Positions 14,318 through 27,699 of a stretch of 64,000 bases of DNA are shown here, piece by piece. The notes under the pieces are model-generated. The model ran no database searches and was not told the origin of the DNA. It saw only the letters and a program-made list of their open reading frames with translations. Source of the DNA: Podarcis tiliguerta (taxonomy: Eukaryota); the NCBI GenBank assembly GCA_965153285.1, contig OZ229123.1, one strand, 5' to 3'. Made by a program: the position numbers and the translations under genes. How positions within the stretch are numbered: position 1 is the stretch's first letter; each line of letters opens with the position of its first letter.

Positions 14318-15448
14318 CATTTTAGGTATCCATAGAGAAGTTGCCGTATGATGCAACCATTAATTGTCCTTTCATATCCACAGAGCAGAATTCCAGAAGA
14401 TAATCCATTGTCTCCCGAGACAGACGGATGACCACACCAAGAACTCTGTATCCCCACTTTACATTACATGCTGCTTACTGGACACAGGAAGTTGCCTTGC
14501 CCACATTTGCTGGTAGAATCACTCCTAGGTTCCAGGCAGGGGACATTCCCAGCCCTACCTGGAGATGCCAGGGATTGAAACTGGAACCTCCTGTGTGAAA
14601 AGCAGATGCTCTGTCATTGAGTTACAGCCTTCCCCCCCCCAAAAAAAAACTCCCCCAAGATCCCAGAACATTGCCTTCCGTTGTTTTGCTGCAGTTAATG
14701 CAGCTGGGAGAAAGAAAAATAAGCAGTAATTGAAATCACTCTACCGGGTTGCCATAATTTTAAGGCGATGCAGCAGACATTGCTTTTATTTTGCTCGATT
14801 AGTATCATCTGACATTTCAATTATTTTGTTTTCCACCATGGCTGATACGGTGCTAAATAAGTCCTGAATGTTATCTAAGGGCAACTCCAGGCTGTCGCTG
14901 TTTTTTGGATGCGACTCAATCGCATAGCAGAAAATTCAGTCTGAGCAACTGTACGCCGATTTGGGAGGCTTTTGCTCAAGGAAAGCGATAAGGAAAGCGA
15001 CAGTGAAAAGCACTGGGAAAAGTGTGAGATAACACTTCCTTTGACACAATGTCGCCTAGCCTCCCCACTAACAAATCCAGCCAACTTTGTCTAATCTCCC
15101 TGTAATGAAATCAGGATGAATGCTCAACCAACCAGCCTCCTGGAAGGGTTCTAAGTTACCTGCCGTAGCAGAATCAGACTAAAATGGTACATCTGCAGAT
15201 GCACACGCCATACATTCTAAACACATCTATCACACCATTTAAAGCACATGAGTCCTCTCAAAGGATCCTGGAATTGTGGTTTCTCCCTCACAGAGCTTCA
15301 AATTCCAGGCATATTTAACAAATCATGTTTCCCATGATTCTTCGGGGGAAAACACGTGCCAACATCCTGGGAAACAGCAACCAAACCTCTGCAAACCTAC
15401 AGCTCAGGTTATAACTGGCACGATGGCCTCACCTAGTAACACCCACTA

Positions 15449-15695
15449 CAGTGGTACCTCAGGTGACATACGCTTCAGGTTACATACACTTCAGATTACA
15501 GACTCCGCTAACCCAGAAATAGTGCTTCAGGTTAAGAACTTTGCTTCAGGATGAGAACAGAAATCGTGCTCCGGTGGCGCGGCAGCAGCAGGAGGCCCTG
15601 TTAGCTAAAGTGGTGCTTCAGGTTAAGAACAGTTTCAGGTTAAGTACGGACCTCCGGAACGAATTACCATAAGTACTTAACCTGAGGTACCACTG
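15449..15695. mobile_element. Tc1/mariner MITE, family A
   Basis: TIR CAGTGGTACCTCAGGT; TA TSD; collinear with the 3722 copy. Confidence 0.92.
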
Positions 15696-16117
15696 TACTA
15701 TTATGCAGCCCCCGAAGGTTGCCAATGCAGAAATGCAGCTCCTTGGCTGAAAAAGGTTCCCCAGCTCTGGGTTCTCAGACTTTTGTCTTTCACCCAGCTT
15801 CACATAACTTTGCTCACAAAAACAGGCCCATCTTTCATGTTAGAAAAGCAAGCCTATACCAGTTACTAAAGTTTGAGTTGTGCACTGTAATTTATAGAAC
15901 AAAGGAAGCTGATTAAGTAGCCCACAGAAACCCACAGCAATGTTCAAGTGGTCTGTGAGAGCAATGTTTGAGAACTGCTGATCTAATTGATTAGATTCTC
16001 AGATGTCACAAGTCTACAGGTCATTTCTCGCACTCACAGCTGAAGAACACAGATAGCAAGAAAAGGGTCAAATGAGAACAGTATTGGCACATGAACAAGA
16101 AGAACCTTTTAGCCCAC

Positions 16118-16377
16118 AAGCCAGTGTGGTGTAGTGGTTAAGAGCGGTAGTCTCGTAATCTGGGGAACCAGGTTCACGTCTCCGCTCCTCCACATGCAGC
16201 TGCTGGGTGACCTTGGGCCAGTCACACTTCTTTGAAGTCTCTCAGCCCCACTCACCTCACAGAGTGTTTGTTGTGGGGGAGGAAGGGAAAGGAGAATGTT
16301 AGCCACTTTGAGACTCCTTAAAGGCAGTGAAAGATGGGATATCAAATCCAAACTCCTCCTCTTCTTCTTCTTCTTCT
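16118..16377 (+). mobile_element. Squam3 (Ther1/MIR-related CORE SINE), Squam3B-like young copy
   Basis: tRNA-like head (TGGTGTAGTGGTTAAGAGC...GGTTC), CORE GGGTGACCTTGGGCCAGTCAC...TCTCTCAGCC, (CTT)n tail. Older relatives lie near 216-390, 3175-3370(-), 17890-18010(-) and 59430-59530. Confidence 0.8.
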
Positions 16378-17482
16378 AAGCCACATGCTCAACAATTCTG
16401 ATAATAGCTTGACACAGCATAATTCCATTTTACTGCCATTATGTAAGGTCTAGTGTTCTGGAAGAGAAGGTGCATCACTACCGCAGGGCCAAAAAACAGC
16501 CATTTTGCCACAAGCATTTCTTTTCTTTTTGAAGTTCAGATTGCATTACAAAAAAAAAAGTGTATGCACACAAACAACAGGTTTGAAAGATGCTTACAGG
16601 TGCATTAAATGTTGGGCCACCTCGGAGAGAAGTCATGTAGCTACATGCAGGATGCAGCACGGGAGCAACTTTGAAATGCAAACCTACAGAGAAAGGTATC
16701 TGGTCCCATAAGTATGCAAGGTGGAAAGAGCAGTCCCGTCTTAAGAAGGCATGTGTCTCTGGGCTTCCTAACCAACCCACTTTTGAAAAACTGCCCCCGT
16801 GAAGATATCCTGCCACTTCAATCATCCCCGGCCTTTGGTCTTTAGCATCAAACCAGAGTAACGGAAGACACTATTATGGGAACTCAAATGAAAAGTCAAG
16901 GGCTTTTAAGAGTTCTTGGTCCTATCAGGTGCAAATTAACAACTAGAATGGAAGATTACCGTGCCCACTAATTATTAGGAAAGGCCTCTTGAAATGAGAA
17001 CAAGGAATTAAATCCAGACATGGATTTAAACTGCTTTGGGCCATCGACCTTGATGAACATTACAAACCTCCAGCCACTGAAGCAGATCCCACGTCTGCAC
17101 AGAAGAAGCCTGTAAAAACATTAACCAAGCGAGGACGGTTGCTAAGCAGTTACCCTCAAAAGGCTTAGAAAGGGCACAAAAGGGGAGTGCACACTGCACA
17201 TTAGTCAACATCAACACCGCCACCACGAAGAAACTATTCAGGGAATGAAGAAACAACCAGATCAATTTTAGGAAAGGAAGTTTAGTAGCCGAAAAGGAGA
17301 AAAGATGCAGATTCATGAACAGAGATGGCAACATGAGGATGCTATTAATTTGTCCATGGCACCTTTGAACAAGTACTTAAGACCTCTCTATTCTGCAAGG
17401 GTTGGGAGTAGGTAGGTTGCGGCATTGGGTACAAATTTACATATATATCTCACCTTGCCTCTAAGGAGCTCAAGGTGATATA

Positions 17483-17723
17483 CAGTAGTACCTTGGGTTA
17501 CATATGCTTCAGGTTACATACACTTCAGGTTACAGACTCCGCTAACCCAGAAATAGTACCTCGGTTTAGAATTTTGCTTCAGGATGAGAACAGAAATCGT
17601 GCTCTAGCGGCGCGGCGGCAGCGGGAGGCCCCATTAGCTAAAGTGGTGCTTCAGGTTAAGAACAATTTCAGGTTAAGAACGGACCTCCGGAATGAATTAA
17701 GTTCTTAACCCGAGGTACCACTG
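17483..17723. mobile_element. Tc1/mariner MITE, family A
   Basis: Same TIRs with two mismatches; TA TSD. Confidence 0.92.
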
Positions 17724-19410
17724 TAAATGGTTCTGCTCTCCCAAGAGCTGCAGCTCTGGGGTAGAACATCTATTTTGCATACAGAAGCCACAGGTTCAAT
17801 CCTCAGAATCTCTGGGTGTGAGAGAGACCCCCATCTGAAACCCTGGAGAACCGCTACCAGATAGTGTGGACTTTGTTCCAAAATAAGCCATTTTATACTC
17901 TCAAGGACCCTGTCAAGTAGATTACACTGAGTGGTCCAATAAGTCATGGCCAAGTAGGGATTTGAACCGTCGCCCAGAGATTCGTGGTCGGCCACGAATC
18001 ACTACACTGGTTCTTGATGAATTAACCTTTCATTAGAACATTCAAGTTCCAAGACCTTGTGAACGTGGCTTGAAATTACATAGGAATGTCAACAGAAAAA
18101 GAATTGGTGACGATTTCAAATGGCTGGAAAGCTAGAGCCCCACACCCTCCATAGTTCCTGTTGGCGAACAAAAAAAAAATACATTGCAGAGTACATGTTA
18201 TATAAAACAAACAAAGTTGCATAGTTTATCAAAGTTGCAGTTCAACCTGGCCTAACACAGAACCTGGAATGCCCACCTCAGTTTTTATCACACACTTGGA
18301 TTAAGCGCCTATTACTAACAAGGGTAGACTTCTGTTTGGAAACATCTTAAGAAATTGTGTGTTGTAATATAATTAAGTGGAAGATACTTGCTTGAATTCT
18401 GTCATCACTAAAAAGAGTAACATAGAGGTTTTTCTTTAAGGACGCAAAGGCACATATATTTTAAGTGGGAATACTGTGCTCCCTATTTTCACTACTCAGA
18501 AACCACATCTGCTGAAATACAGCCAGTACAGTTCTTATCACAAACTAAAGGAACACCAAGGTGATGTTTATGGCTTTCTAAAGCAGCTTAAAGATTAACT
18601 CCATATGAGGAACACAGCTAAGAAAAGATATTCACTTAGTAAAGCGACTAGAGTTTTTTTAAACAAATATTTTAAGACAGAGGTGGAGAACCTGTGGACC
18701 ATCCAGATGTTGTTGGGACAATGGAAGTTACAGTCTAACAACATCTGGGGGGCACAGGTCCCCCATACCTGTATTATGTTATTTTAAAAACTTGACCCTA
18801 GAAGCAGATTGAACCTCTCTGAATGACTAAGTGGTGTAGATTTATTTCAGGACACTAAAGTCCCCACATTGGCCTGATGTTGAGTTTTGGATGCGGAACA
18901 GTCGAAGTGCATCGAGATATAACATGACTAACATCTGAGTACGCAGATGACAACAATAAAGGGCGGATGATGTCCCTGAAGGAACATGCGCACAGAGGAG
19001 CAACAGAAGCAAATGTCTACTAGCCCCGAGGCAGCACCACTCCTCCCTGCCCCTAATCTGATGAAACTCAACTTTTGCAACAGGGAAACTTTTGCATCTA
19101 TCGCTGTAAAGAAGCCTGGAAGATCAGAGGTTTTCCATGGACACAAAATGTTCCCCAATACAGAAGGTTCACTTCTATCACAAAACAGCCTTGAATAATT
19201 CACCCAATCTTGGGAAGTCAGAGCTGAAACATACATACCCCAGCAGAGCTGCTACACCCATGTTCCTTCTCCGCTGGATAAAAGTGCTTAAGAGTGCTGA
19301 AGTTATCAGGCTAAAGCAGCTTTATAACCGTTTTCAAAACACAGGCTGGCAAAGGGTGGGAACTGGTATCTGCTTTTGCAAAATGGTTTTGCCTTTCCTT
19401 TTCTGGGCTT

Positions 19411-19678
19411 GTTGTTTAGTTGTGTCCAACTCTTCGAGACCCCATGGACCAGAGCACGCCAGGCACTCCTGTCTTCCACTGCCACCCCCAGATTGGTCAA
19501 ACTCATGTTGGTAGTTTCAAGAACACGGTCCAATCATCTCGTCCTCTGTCATCCCCGTCTCCTTGTGCCCTCAGTCTTTCCCAACATCAGGGTCTTTTCC
19601 AGGGAGTCTTCTCTTCTCATGAGGTGGCCAAAGTATTCAAGCCCCTTCGCCACGACAAGGCAGGGATCCATGAAGGAG
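19411..19678 (-). mobile_element. Bipartite (5' end + 3' end) BovB deletion derivative
   Basis: 19411-19637 matches the BovB 3' end at 42.7-42.95 kb; 19638-19678 reads ctccttcatggatccctgccttgtcgtggcgaaggggcttg on the minus strand, an RTE/BovB 5'-terminal motif; 11-bp TSD with one mismatch. Confidence 0.8.
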
Positions 19679-21295
19679 TTTTTGGGCTTAGCAGTGCCCA
19701 ATTAAAGCACAAGGAGAGTTGGCAAGAGAGAAAATCAAGCCCAAAGTTGAACCTGCTCCATTTTTCACACTCTACCCCCCACCAATTTATTAAGTGTTCT
19801 GGACGCAGATCAGGTTCCATACTTGGCACTGTTTTACCTGAATATAACCTGTGACTCTGAGCCAGGTTACACGTTTTTCCGGTTATAGTAACATCTACTT
19901 TCTTCCTTCTTTTTAAAAAACTATTGCTCCGAGACTGAAAATATAACTACAGAAGAATTTAGAACAACCAACGGTAACCCAAAAGACAAAGGTTACAGCC
20001 ACTTTTTCAAAATAAAATCAGGTAAGGAAGGAGAGAAAGATACAGCCGTTGCTAATTGAGTGCCGCTTTCTCATTTTTCAGTGTAGGTGATCAGTGACCT
20101 GGAAGACTATAATCTGCTACTGAGTTCCAACCCAAATACCCCAGTCAGATCTCCAAAAGAAAGGTTGTAGGCTTGTTCACTGCGTCGCACTGAACACAGA
20201 TGCAAACTGTATTTCACACAAACGTCTGTTCATGTGTAGAGTGCACACCTAAGTGAGGTTAAAGCTGGGGAGGGGCTGTGAGATGGGGAGGGTCCGAAGG
20301 GTCAAACAGAAAAGTCTGGAGGGCCACATTTGGCCCCTGGACTTGGGGTTCATCCAACCCTGCTTTAAAGAAATGTCTCTAGAGGGCTTTGGCACCTGAC
20401 CGCGGTTGGCAGATCTTGAGCTTCTAGTAGCAAACTAAGTAGATCCCACAAGCCTGAAGTCAGCTCTAATTGCTTTAACAACTCTGAGAATGGAACACTT
20501 TGCAATTTACATATTTTGTAACATTTATCGTTTTTAAAAAGCCTCAAAGCAGTTTACAAAAAAAAGATTGGAATGGAATTCTCAACAGAACACAGTTAAA
20601 AACAAGTATTTAGAACATTCAAAAAATAATTAAAATCGACGATAATCTAAAAGCCAGGTTAAAAACACGTGTCAAAATAGCCTTAAACAAAAATGGTTTT
20701 TAGGTGCTCAAAATAATACAGTGAAGGTGCCTGCCTTGTGTAAATAGGCAGGGAATTTCAAAGTGTGAGCACTGCCACACTAAATTATTAACTCTTATGT
20801 GGTAGGCAGTGTTTCTGATCACACATAGTTCCACCATTGCTATTAACTGCTTGGAGCCAGGTGCTTTTTAAAATCCTGAATCATATTGCCAGGCAACTTG
20901 CTATCATAGTAGAGCTGAGCAACATGGCTTGAGATCTATTCTCTCTTAACACTTGGGAATGTTAATTAGGAAAAACCTTGCACATTCAAGATCAGCACAT
21001 CAGGGATCCATAAATATGCAATGCCACCTGCTAACATTTTGGCACACAGGTGCCAACAACCCCAAGCATGGGATCCTCACATGGGCAATGTTTTAAAAAA
21101 CAACCACCTCCCAGATTCACATTTAAGATGCCAAGGGCTAGAAAAAGATTGTAAGGAGGCTACAGGAAACCACAGTAAAATGACTTCAGATAAGTGCCAC
21201 AATAAATGAGCGGATGTTTGGTGACGCCACAAAAGCAATCTCTGAGTACGTTTTGATGCTCGGAGCACCACAGAGCCCATAATGTTTTCCCCCCT

Positions 21296-21690
21296 TTCAA
21301 ATCCTTTATTATTTTATTCACATAATATACATTCTTTTCAACAAACTACTCCAAAATAAGCAGACAACTCCAAAATAAAATCATATGTAACAAAACCATA
21401 AGTCTCATGTTTTCATTTACGATGATCTCCTCTCCGATACCTTTACTTGATATTTCATGCTGCTTTCTGCTTTCCTTATAGAATCTTTATAAAAAATTAA
21501 AACTCTTAAATCCTATACCAATCCTTAACAATTTCAATTAATCCCTTCACATCCCTCCCCCACAGCCCAGTACTTTATTTGTTATTCCACCCTTAATATA
21601 TCAATATCCTATCTCCTTGCACCTTTTAATGTTTGCTTCTGGCCAAAACCCCAATGCTTAAAATTCCGCTGTCAATACTTCACTGCAAAA
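21296..21690 (-). mobile_element. Possible L1-like 3' UTR remnant
   Basis: Minus strand is purine-rich and ends in aataaaataataaagg; no coding motif recognised. Confidence 0.3.
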
Positions 21691-22502
21691 CTAGAGCGCG
21701 TAACAGGAAGTAGCTGTTCCCGGCTTGGGACAGCTGCAGCCACCTGGCCCAAAGAAACTCAAGAGCAGGGCTGTTGCTAAGATACCAAGCCCTAACTGCA
21801 GCTTTTGGCGTTGGAGACCAGGGTTGGGAGGAGAATGCAAGGACAGCTGGGGGGTAACTGGTGGAATACAAGCCTGGTGTCCTCTGAGGGAGGCAGGGCT
21901 TTTTCTTCTAGATAAAGAGGTGCCGAATCTTGTTGACACCCTTCCTAGAGCCATCCTAATGCATAATGGAGGCTGCATCCAAACACAACTTTATTCCATA
22001 TCCCCAAACGTTTCCATATCCATAGATTTTAATGTTTTGTTTCAGATTTCACTCAATGCAACAACGACTTCTGGAAATCGAGTAACATATAAGGGAAGTT
22101 TAATGCTGATCTCCATGTTAATTGCTTCCAGGAAAATCACAATTGCAACTTCCTAACCTGGAAAATCGCAGGAGTTTTCCACGCTGTAACTTTCCCGTGG
22201 TTTTCATGGATGATACAATGTGATAAAATTTGGGGTGGTATTCTGGCGTACAGTTGTTTTCCCACAGTTTTCATGAGGGAAGAGAAACATGCACACCTAT
22301 AAATTGCGCTCCAATGAAACACCATTGGTGTGAATGAAATTTAGCGCAACATAACATTATGTGTATCAAAAGCCACAGTTCCTTAAAACAACAGGCAATG
22401 TAGTGTAAAAGGAAAGAAGCGCTAGCGTTACAACCAGGAAAATGAATGCAAGACTCCCAATGCCTGAAAAATGCACCTGTAGTGGAGAAGACATTGGACT
22501 TA

Positions 22503-22720
22503 GGCTGGTATCACATCTGCATCATACATTTAAAGCACTATTATACCACTTAAACAGTCATTCCCTCAAAGAATTCTGGGCACTGTAGTTTGTTGGCTGG
22601 GAATTGCTAGGAACCCCCTAATCCCCTCACAGAGTTACAATTTCCAAGGTTCCCTGGGAAGAGGAATTGACTCAAACCATGCTAAGGAGCGTATGGCGTA
22701 TGCATTGTGAGGATGCGGCC
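22503..22720. mobile_element. PIF/Harbinger-like MITE family (other copies about 13482-13620, 15230-15360, 24460-24700, 27010-27170, 60880-61092)
   Basis: Recurrent catacatttaaagca...caaagaat(t/c)ctggg...tgtagttt...ggatgtggcc; ends resemble GGCCACATCC TIRs. Superfamily call is tentative. Confidence 0.55.
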
Positions 22721-25700
22721 TAGTTCAAATCTCTATAATTCCTGAAGATCAAGATGTTACATTGTGAGAAATCAGTCGAACCTACCTCACAGGATTGTTA
22801 AGGCGATTAAAAGGGGGTGGCATTTATATCCTACTCTAGGGGAAAAGAAGAGGCCTGACATGATCATAGTGGCTTCCTTTTTTGCATCAAAACCCTGGTT
22901 GTTTATGGAGGTATTTCAGATAGGCCAATGATACAGTTAATATTATGATTTGCCTTTGGACTTCTTTTATTGCTGACAGGTTCAGTTTTCACATCAAGTT
23001 ATATTAACATGTGCTGCTTTTATGAACCCATCCCATGGTCTAGCAATACAGGACAAGGCAGAAATATTTAAATTAAATTAATTTTTTAATTTGTTTTCCC
23101 AGTAGTTCGCCTCCTCTCAAAATTATCATCTGGAATATTCGAAAAGGAATGAAGTATTAACGACCGGGAGTGGGGCAACATGCAGTCATTCTACCTTCCT
23201 CCGTAGCATCTAATACCAATCATCTGCAGGGACCACAAGGATCACAATTGCATATCAATAATGTGATTCGTTATGTACAGGGTACATGCCTTCATCAGGG
23301 TGGAGAAAGCAGAAAAATAAAAAAAGAAATTCTCTCAACACTAATTCATGGAAACTGAGGCGGTTCTGCCTCAAGGCATCTAGATGATGTGTCCGTCTCA
23401 AGTGGCAGATTTTGGGTCGCTGTTCGGAGTCACAGAGAGGGAGACAAACGTTGACTCACAGGACATTATCCACCACTTCCCATACTGAAATGAATGGGAA
23501 TGACACATAAGCTTTTTTAAAAAAATAAAAATAAAAAATGGCACTAGCACTTAAAAAAAAACCAAGGAAGGGTTTTTACTTGGCTCTGGTGGAGTGCTTT
23601 GTAAGTCATATACCCACCCCCAAGTCCTACTACTGCATCAAAATGGCTCTATTGGAAGTCACATTAAATAAGGCACAGTTGGGCTTAAAGCAAATGGGCA
23701 GCCTGCTGGTGCATATGGCTCAAAAACTGGCTCCCTGCCACCACACACTGGGAGCAACTGCTCTCCTTCCCCTGTCATCTGGGAGCAGCCATTTCATCAG
23801 ACAGCTTTAGTGGGAGAGATGAGAAGCAGGGCTCTCACTCCATCAGAAAAGGCCAGCTCCAACAGTCACCTCCTACCCTTGAGCTGTGTCAGCTGGTCAT
23901 TATAACAGATTAGAAATTGGTGTCCAAGTTTTATTTCCCCCTTCCTTCCCTTTCACCTTGTGTGCCACGGTGGTGGTGTTTTTTAAGATTGTATGTAAGC
24001 CTGTGGCTGGGACAACCATGTTTTAATTGACTGTGAGCAAGCCACAGTCTGGGAGCCTTTTCGGCCAAGGAGAGAGGTAACAAATGCTCTTAGTAATCCC
24101 GCATGTCTCCTCGAGATTCATGGTTTGTTCCCCACACATAAGTGGCAAGCCAAAAACCAAACTTGGCTGCAGCTTGTGATTTTTATGGAAGGGAACAAAC
24201 CACAAACCCACCTTCGGACAACGAGGCAAGACTTCCAAATTGTTGCTCCCAACGAAGTGTCCTTTCTGATGCATCAATGGAGGATACACTGGTACACGAA
24301 ACTAACCTACTGTGCGAAGGTAGAATTCATGTTCATTTATGCCTCTGGCCCCCACCCACCCCGGCATGTGGCCCCCCAGGTGGTTGGCCAGAAGGGAATC
24401 CAACCCTCAAGATGAAAAAGGTTCCCCACCTCTGGCAAACCAAGCCAAAGTCTTTGGCTGTGTACCCATTATACCTTCAAAACACATTCCTTCCCTCAAA
24501 GAATTCTGGGCTAGTTCTTCCCTTCATAGTTTCAATTCTCAGTAACAATAGAGTCGGAAGGGACTCAAGCGTCATCGAGCCCACCCCCCTGCAATGCAGG
24601 AATCTCAACTAGGTCAAAACCCTTAACTACAGTAACCCAAATTCTTTGAGGAAGAATGTGCTTCAAATGTGCTATAAAGATATAGTGTGTGCACAGCCTT
24701 CCTACCGGAGCTCACTTTGTAGAACAGAAGCAGAAAACGTAGAATTGAAGCCGAGATTTTAGAGGCACATTTCATACACCCAGGTTCTTCACCAGGGAGG
24801 GGGGAGCGTTCCTTTTTAATAAAGGGTAAATAAACAAACATACATACATCCACTTTGCACAGACTGGGGAAAAAGCATGTACCGATTATGCTGCAAGATT
24901 AAAATCTCCCACGCACATTAGGACAACAACATGAACTACTAGAAGCGCCCCACCCATTCCTTCAACTTCACATAGTTAAGTCTGCAAAACAGCTTCAAGA
25001 GGCTAAACTAGAGATCAGGCACTGGAGAGAGCCACCACCCAGGCCAAATCTGGCTGACTCAGAATGCAAGGCCCCACCGCAAGGTCGGGCAGGAGGGAAA
25101 GATCTCCCCCATCCCACCCGGCAGCAAAGCTGGGTGGCGGAACACCTGCCCTCTTCTCAAATCAGCAGGAGGGGAGGAGTTCTGCAGAACCTTGCCACCC
25201 AGTCCCTCTCTGCCCCAAGACGCTGGGGAGACTGGCAGCAAAGCTGGGTGGTGGAATTGAATGCTGCCTCCTGGGAAAGTGCCGCCTGAGGCAGCCACCT
25301 CATTCCACCTCATAGGCAGGGCGGCTCCAGACCCAAGTATTAATAATAAAAAAAATAAAAATAATGTGCGATTTTTTTGTTTTAAAAATCAAAGCAAACT
25401 TCTGTTTATACAAATAAAAACATGGATTCACTGACAAACACACAAAAGCTTTAGGAAGATAAAGGAAAATCTAGCAGATGTGAAAGGAAAATACGCAAAA
25501 TAGCTGTAAATTGGACTTTGGACATGTCCTGAATTATATTATATATGTGTGCGTGTCAATAACCGGTAGAGAAGGTAGGAAGAAAACAGAGTGCATAAAA
25601 CATTATTGTTATTACAGAAAAACCCTTGAATGTACTGTAAATAATTTCAGTATTCCATCAAGGCGTACTCTCAGCGTCTCCAGATTGTCAATATTTTGAG

Positions 25701-27699
25701 GGAGAGATTTAGACACAGACTGTCAACGTGCATTTGCACAAATAAGGTGGATTGTAGAATTACTGTTGCCCCAGCACAACAAATCCACTTTTAAAAACCA
25801 AACTTTTTGTGGCTCGGAAAGTGATGGAGAAAAGGCATTTAAAGTGTGGGGTGAATGAACAAATACATACTCAACAGAGAACTTATGAACAGAAGTATCA
25901 GTATATATGCTCATTGTCATACAGCCCATAAACAAATGAGAACAAATGCTCAATAAAGACTGGACATAATCCAACCACCATGTGAGCTTTGAGCAAACAA
26001 AACAGAACGAATGCTGAATGAACAAGCTCATAGCAGACCAATGAAATGTACTGCACAGTATTCAGTTATTTCCTATTAAACCTTTCCGCCAGCTATTCAT
26101 CCACTAAATGGGATCTATGTACTTTCTGCTCAAGAAGTTTTCCCCAAAAACTTTATGCTGTACGCATTTAATAAAGCAACTTTCCACCAGACCTTCCCCT
26201 TCCTCTTAACCAGAATATCAAGTGGATCAAAATTAAAATCATTTTTAATTATGGTGGTTTATATTTTAATGGGGTTGCTTCGCTGTGTATTTCAAATTTA
26301 GATGTGCTTTTTAACAATTTGGGATTTTTACCAATGCTTTGCAGTTCCTTTTCATGTTTTTGCAAACTGCTTAGAAACTACCCAGAGTCTCAATGGTACG
26401 TACATTAATGAAAAACAGAATAATGGTAAGAGAGAGTATGTAGGCGCTATAACCAATGGCCTTCAATAAGAACTCTAGAAAGAAAACTTGCAAATTAGCC
26501 TGCATATGCAGGAACGATCACAATCCCAAACCAGAATTGGGGGGCGAGGGTACAGTATTCAAAAATCAGACTTCATATTAGTGAAAATTTGCAAGGTAGG
26601 TGGAGGAGGAATGGAAACCTCACCACAATTAGTTCTTTGTAACCGCCTCCCCCCCAAAAAAAAATGGCATTGGGTTTTGTGTGTGTGTGTTTAAGTTTCT
26701 CTCAATCACGCTTTCAAAATTTTAAAGTACTACTTGAGAAATTACAGTGTTGCCTGCTCAAATGAAGCCCCGTCTTAAGGCCCAGATGTTACAAAACACC
26801 AGCCTATTAGACAGAAAAACATTTGGAAGGGGAGGGGTGGAGAGAAGAAACACAATGACTTTACAGGACACAATTGGAAGTGGGGGGGGGGAGAGAGAAA
26901 AAAAACTGAGCTGGGAGGGAGAGGAGGGGGGCCTTCAGACATCCAGGACCTCCCCCCAACCCACAGCACTTAAATCTCCCAAGAGATTCCTGTTTTTGCT
27001 TGCACACCATGCCTTTAAAGCACAGCCTCTCTCCGCAGAAAATCATGGGAACTGTAGTTTACCCCTCCCAGGGCTAGAATTCGCAGCACCCCTTAAGAAA
27101 CTATACGTCCCCCGGGTTCTGGAAGGCGGGGGTGAGAATGGGGTTTAAATGCCTCGTGTGTGCAACAGCCTAGCCCCCCCCAAAAAAACCCATACAGGGG
27201 CACAGTGGAATTCAACAGGCTCACGCACAGTATGTCTCCAAAAGCGCAAAAGGCCGGCAGACATAGCGGCAGTCGGAGGCAGGGGGGCCCCTCATAGGCA
27301 TAGCACAGATCACATCCCGTTCCCGGCCTCTACCAAGTCAGATCACCCAAAATGCCAGAGATTAGACCACCACACGCAACCCGAGAGGAACTTTGGAAGA
27401 AAAGAGAAAACCAGCTTCCATGCAGTTAAAAGTCCCCTTCTCTCCGCCCTACAACATTCTCAAATACTGAAGAATGTGCAGAAAGAGAAGGAAGTTGTTT
27501 GGGGGGTGGAGGAAGAATCCCCCATCCGCATTGCAAAACAATTTAAAAGAGTTGGGGAGAAAATGAGTCTTCTTCTCCTCCTCCGGCGCCTTTTGCAAAA
27601 CTTCACACCGACCTCCCCCAAGCGCCCCCCTCCCCTCTAAGATTTGCAACTTTGCCTGGTCTGGAATAAAGCCACGTTTAAATTGAGGAGGGGGCGCTC

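Noticed and set aside
23195-23223. 29-nt ATG-starting micro-exon on the minus strand (MIGIRCYGG)
   Set aside because: Weak donor (gtagaa) and no homology recognised.
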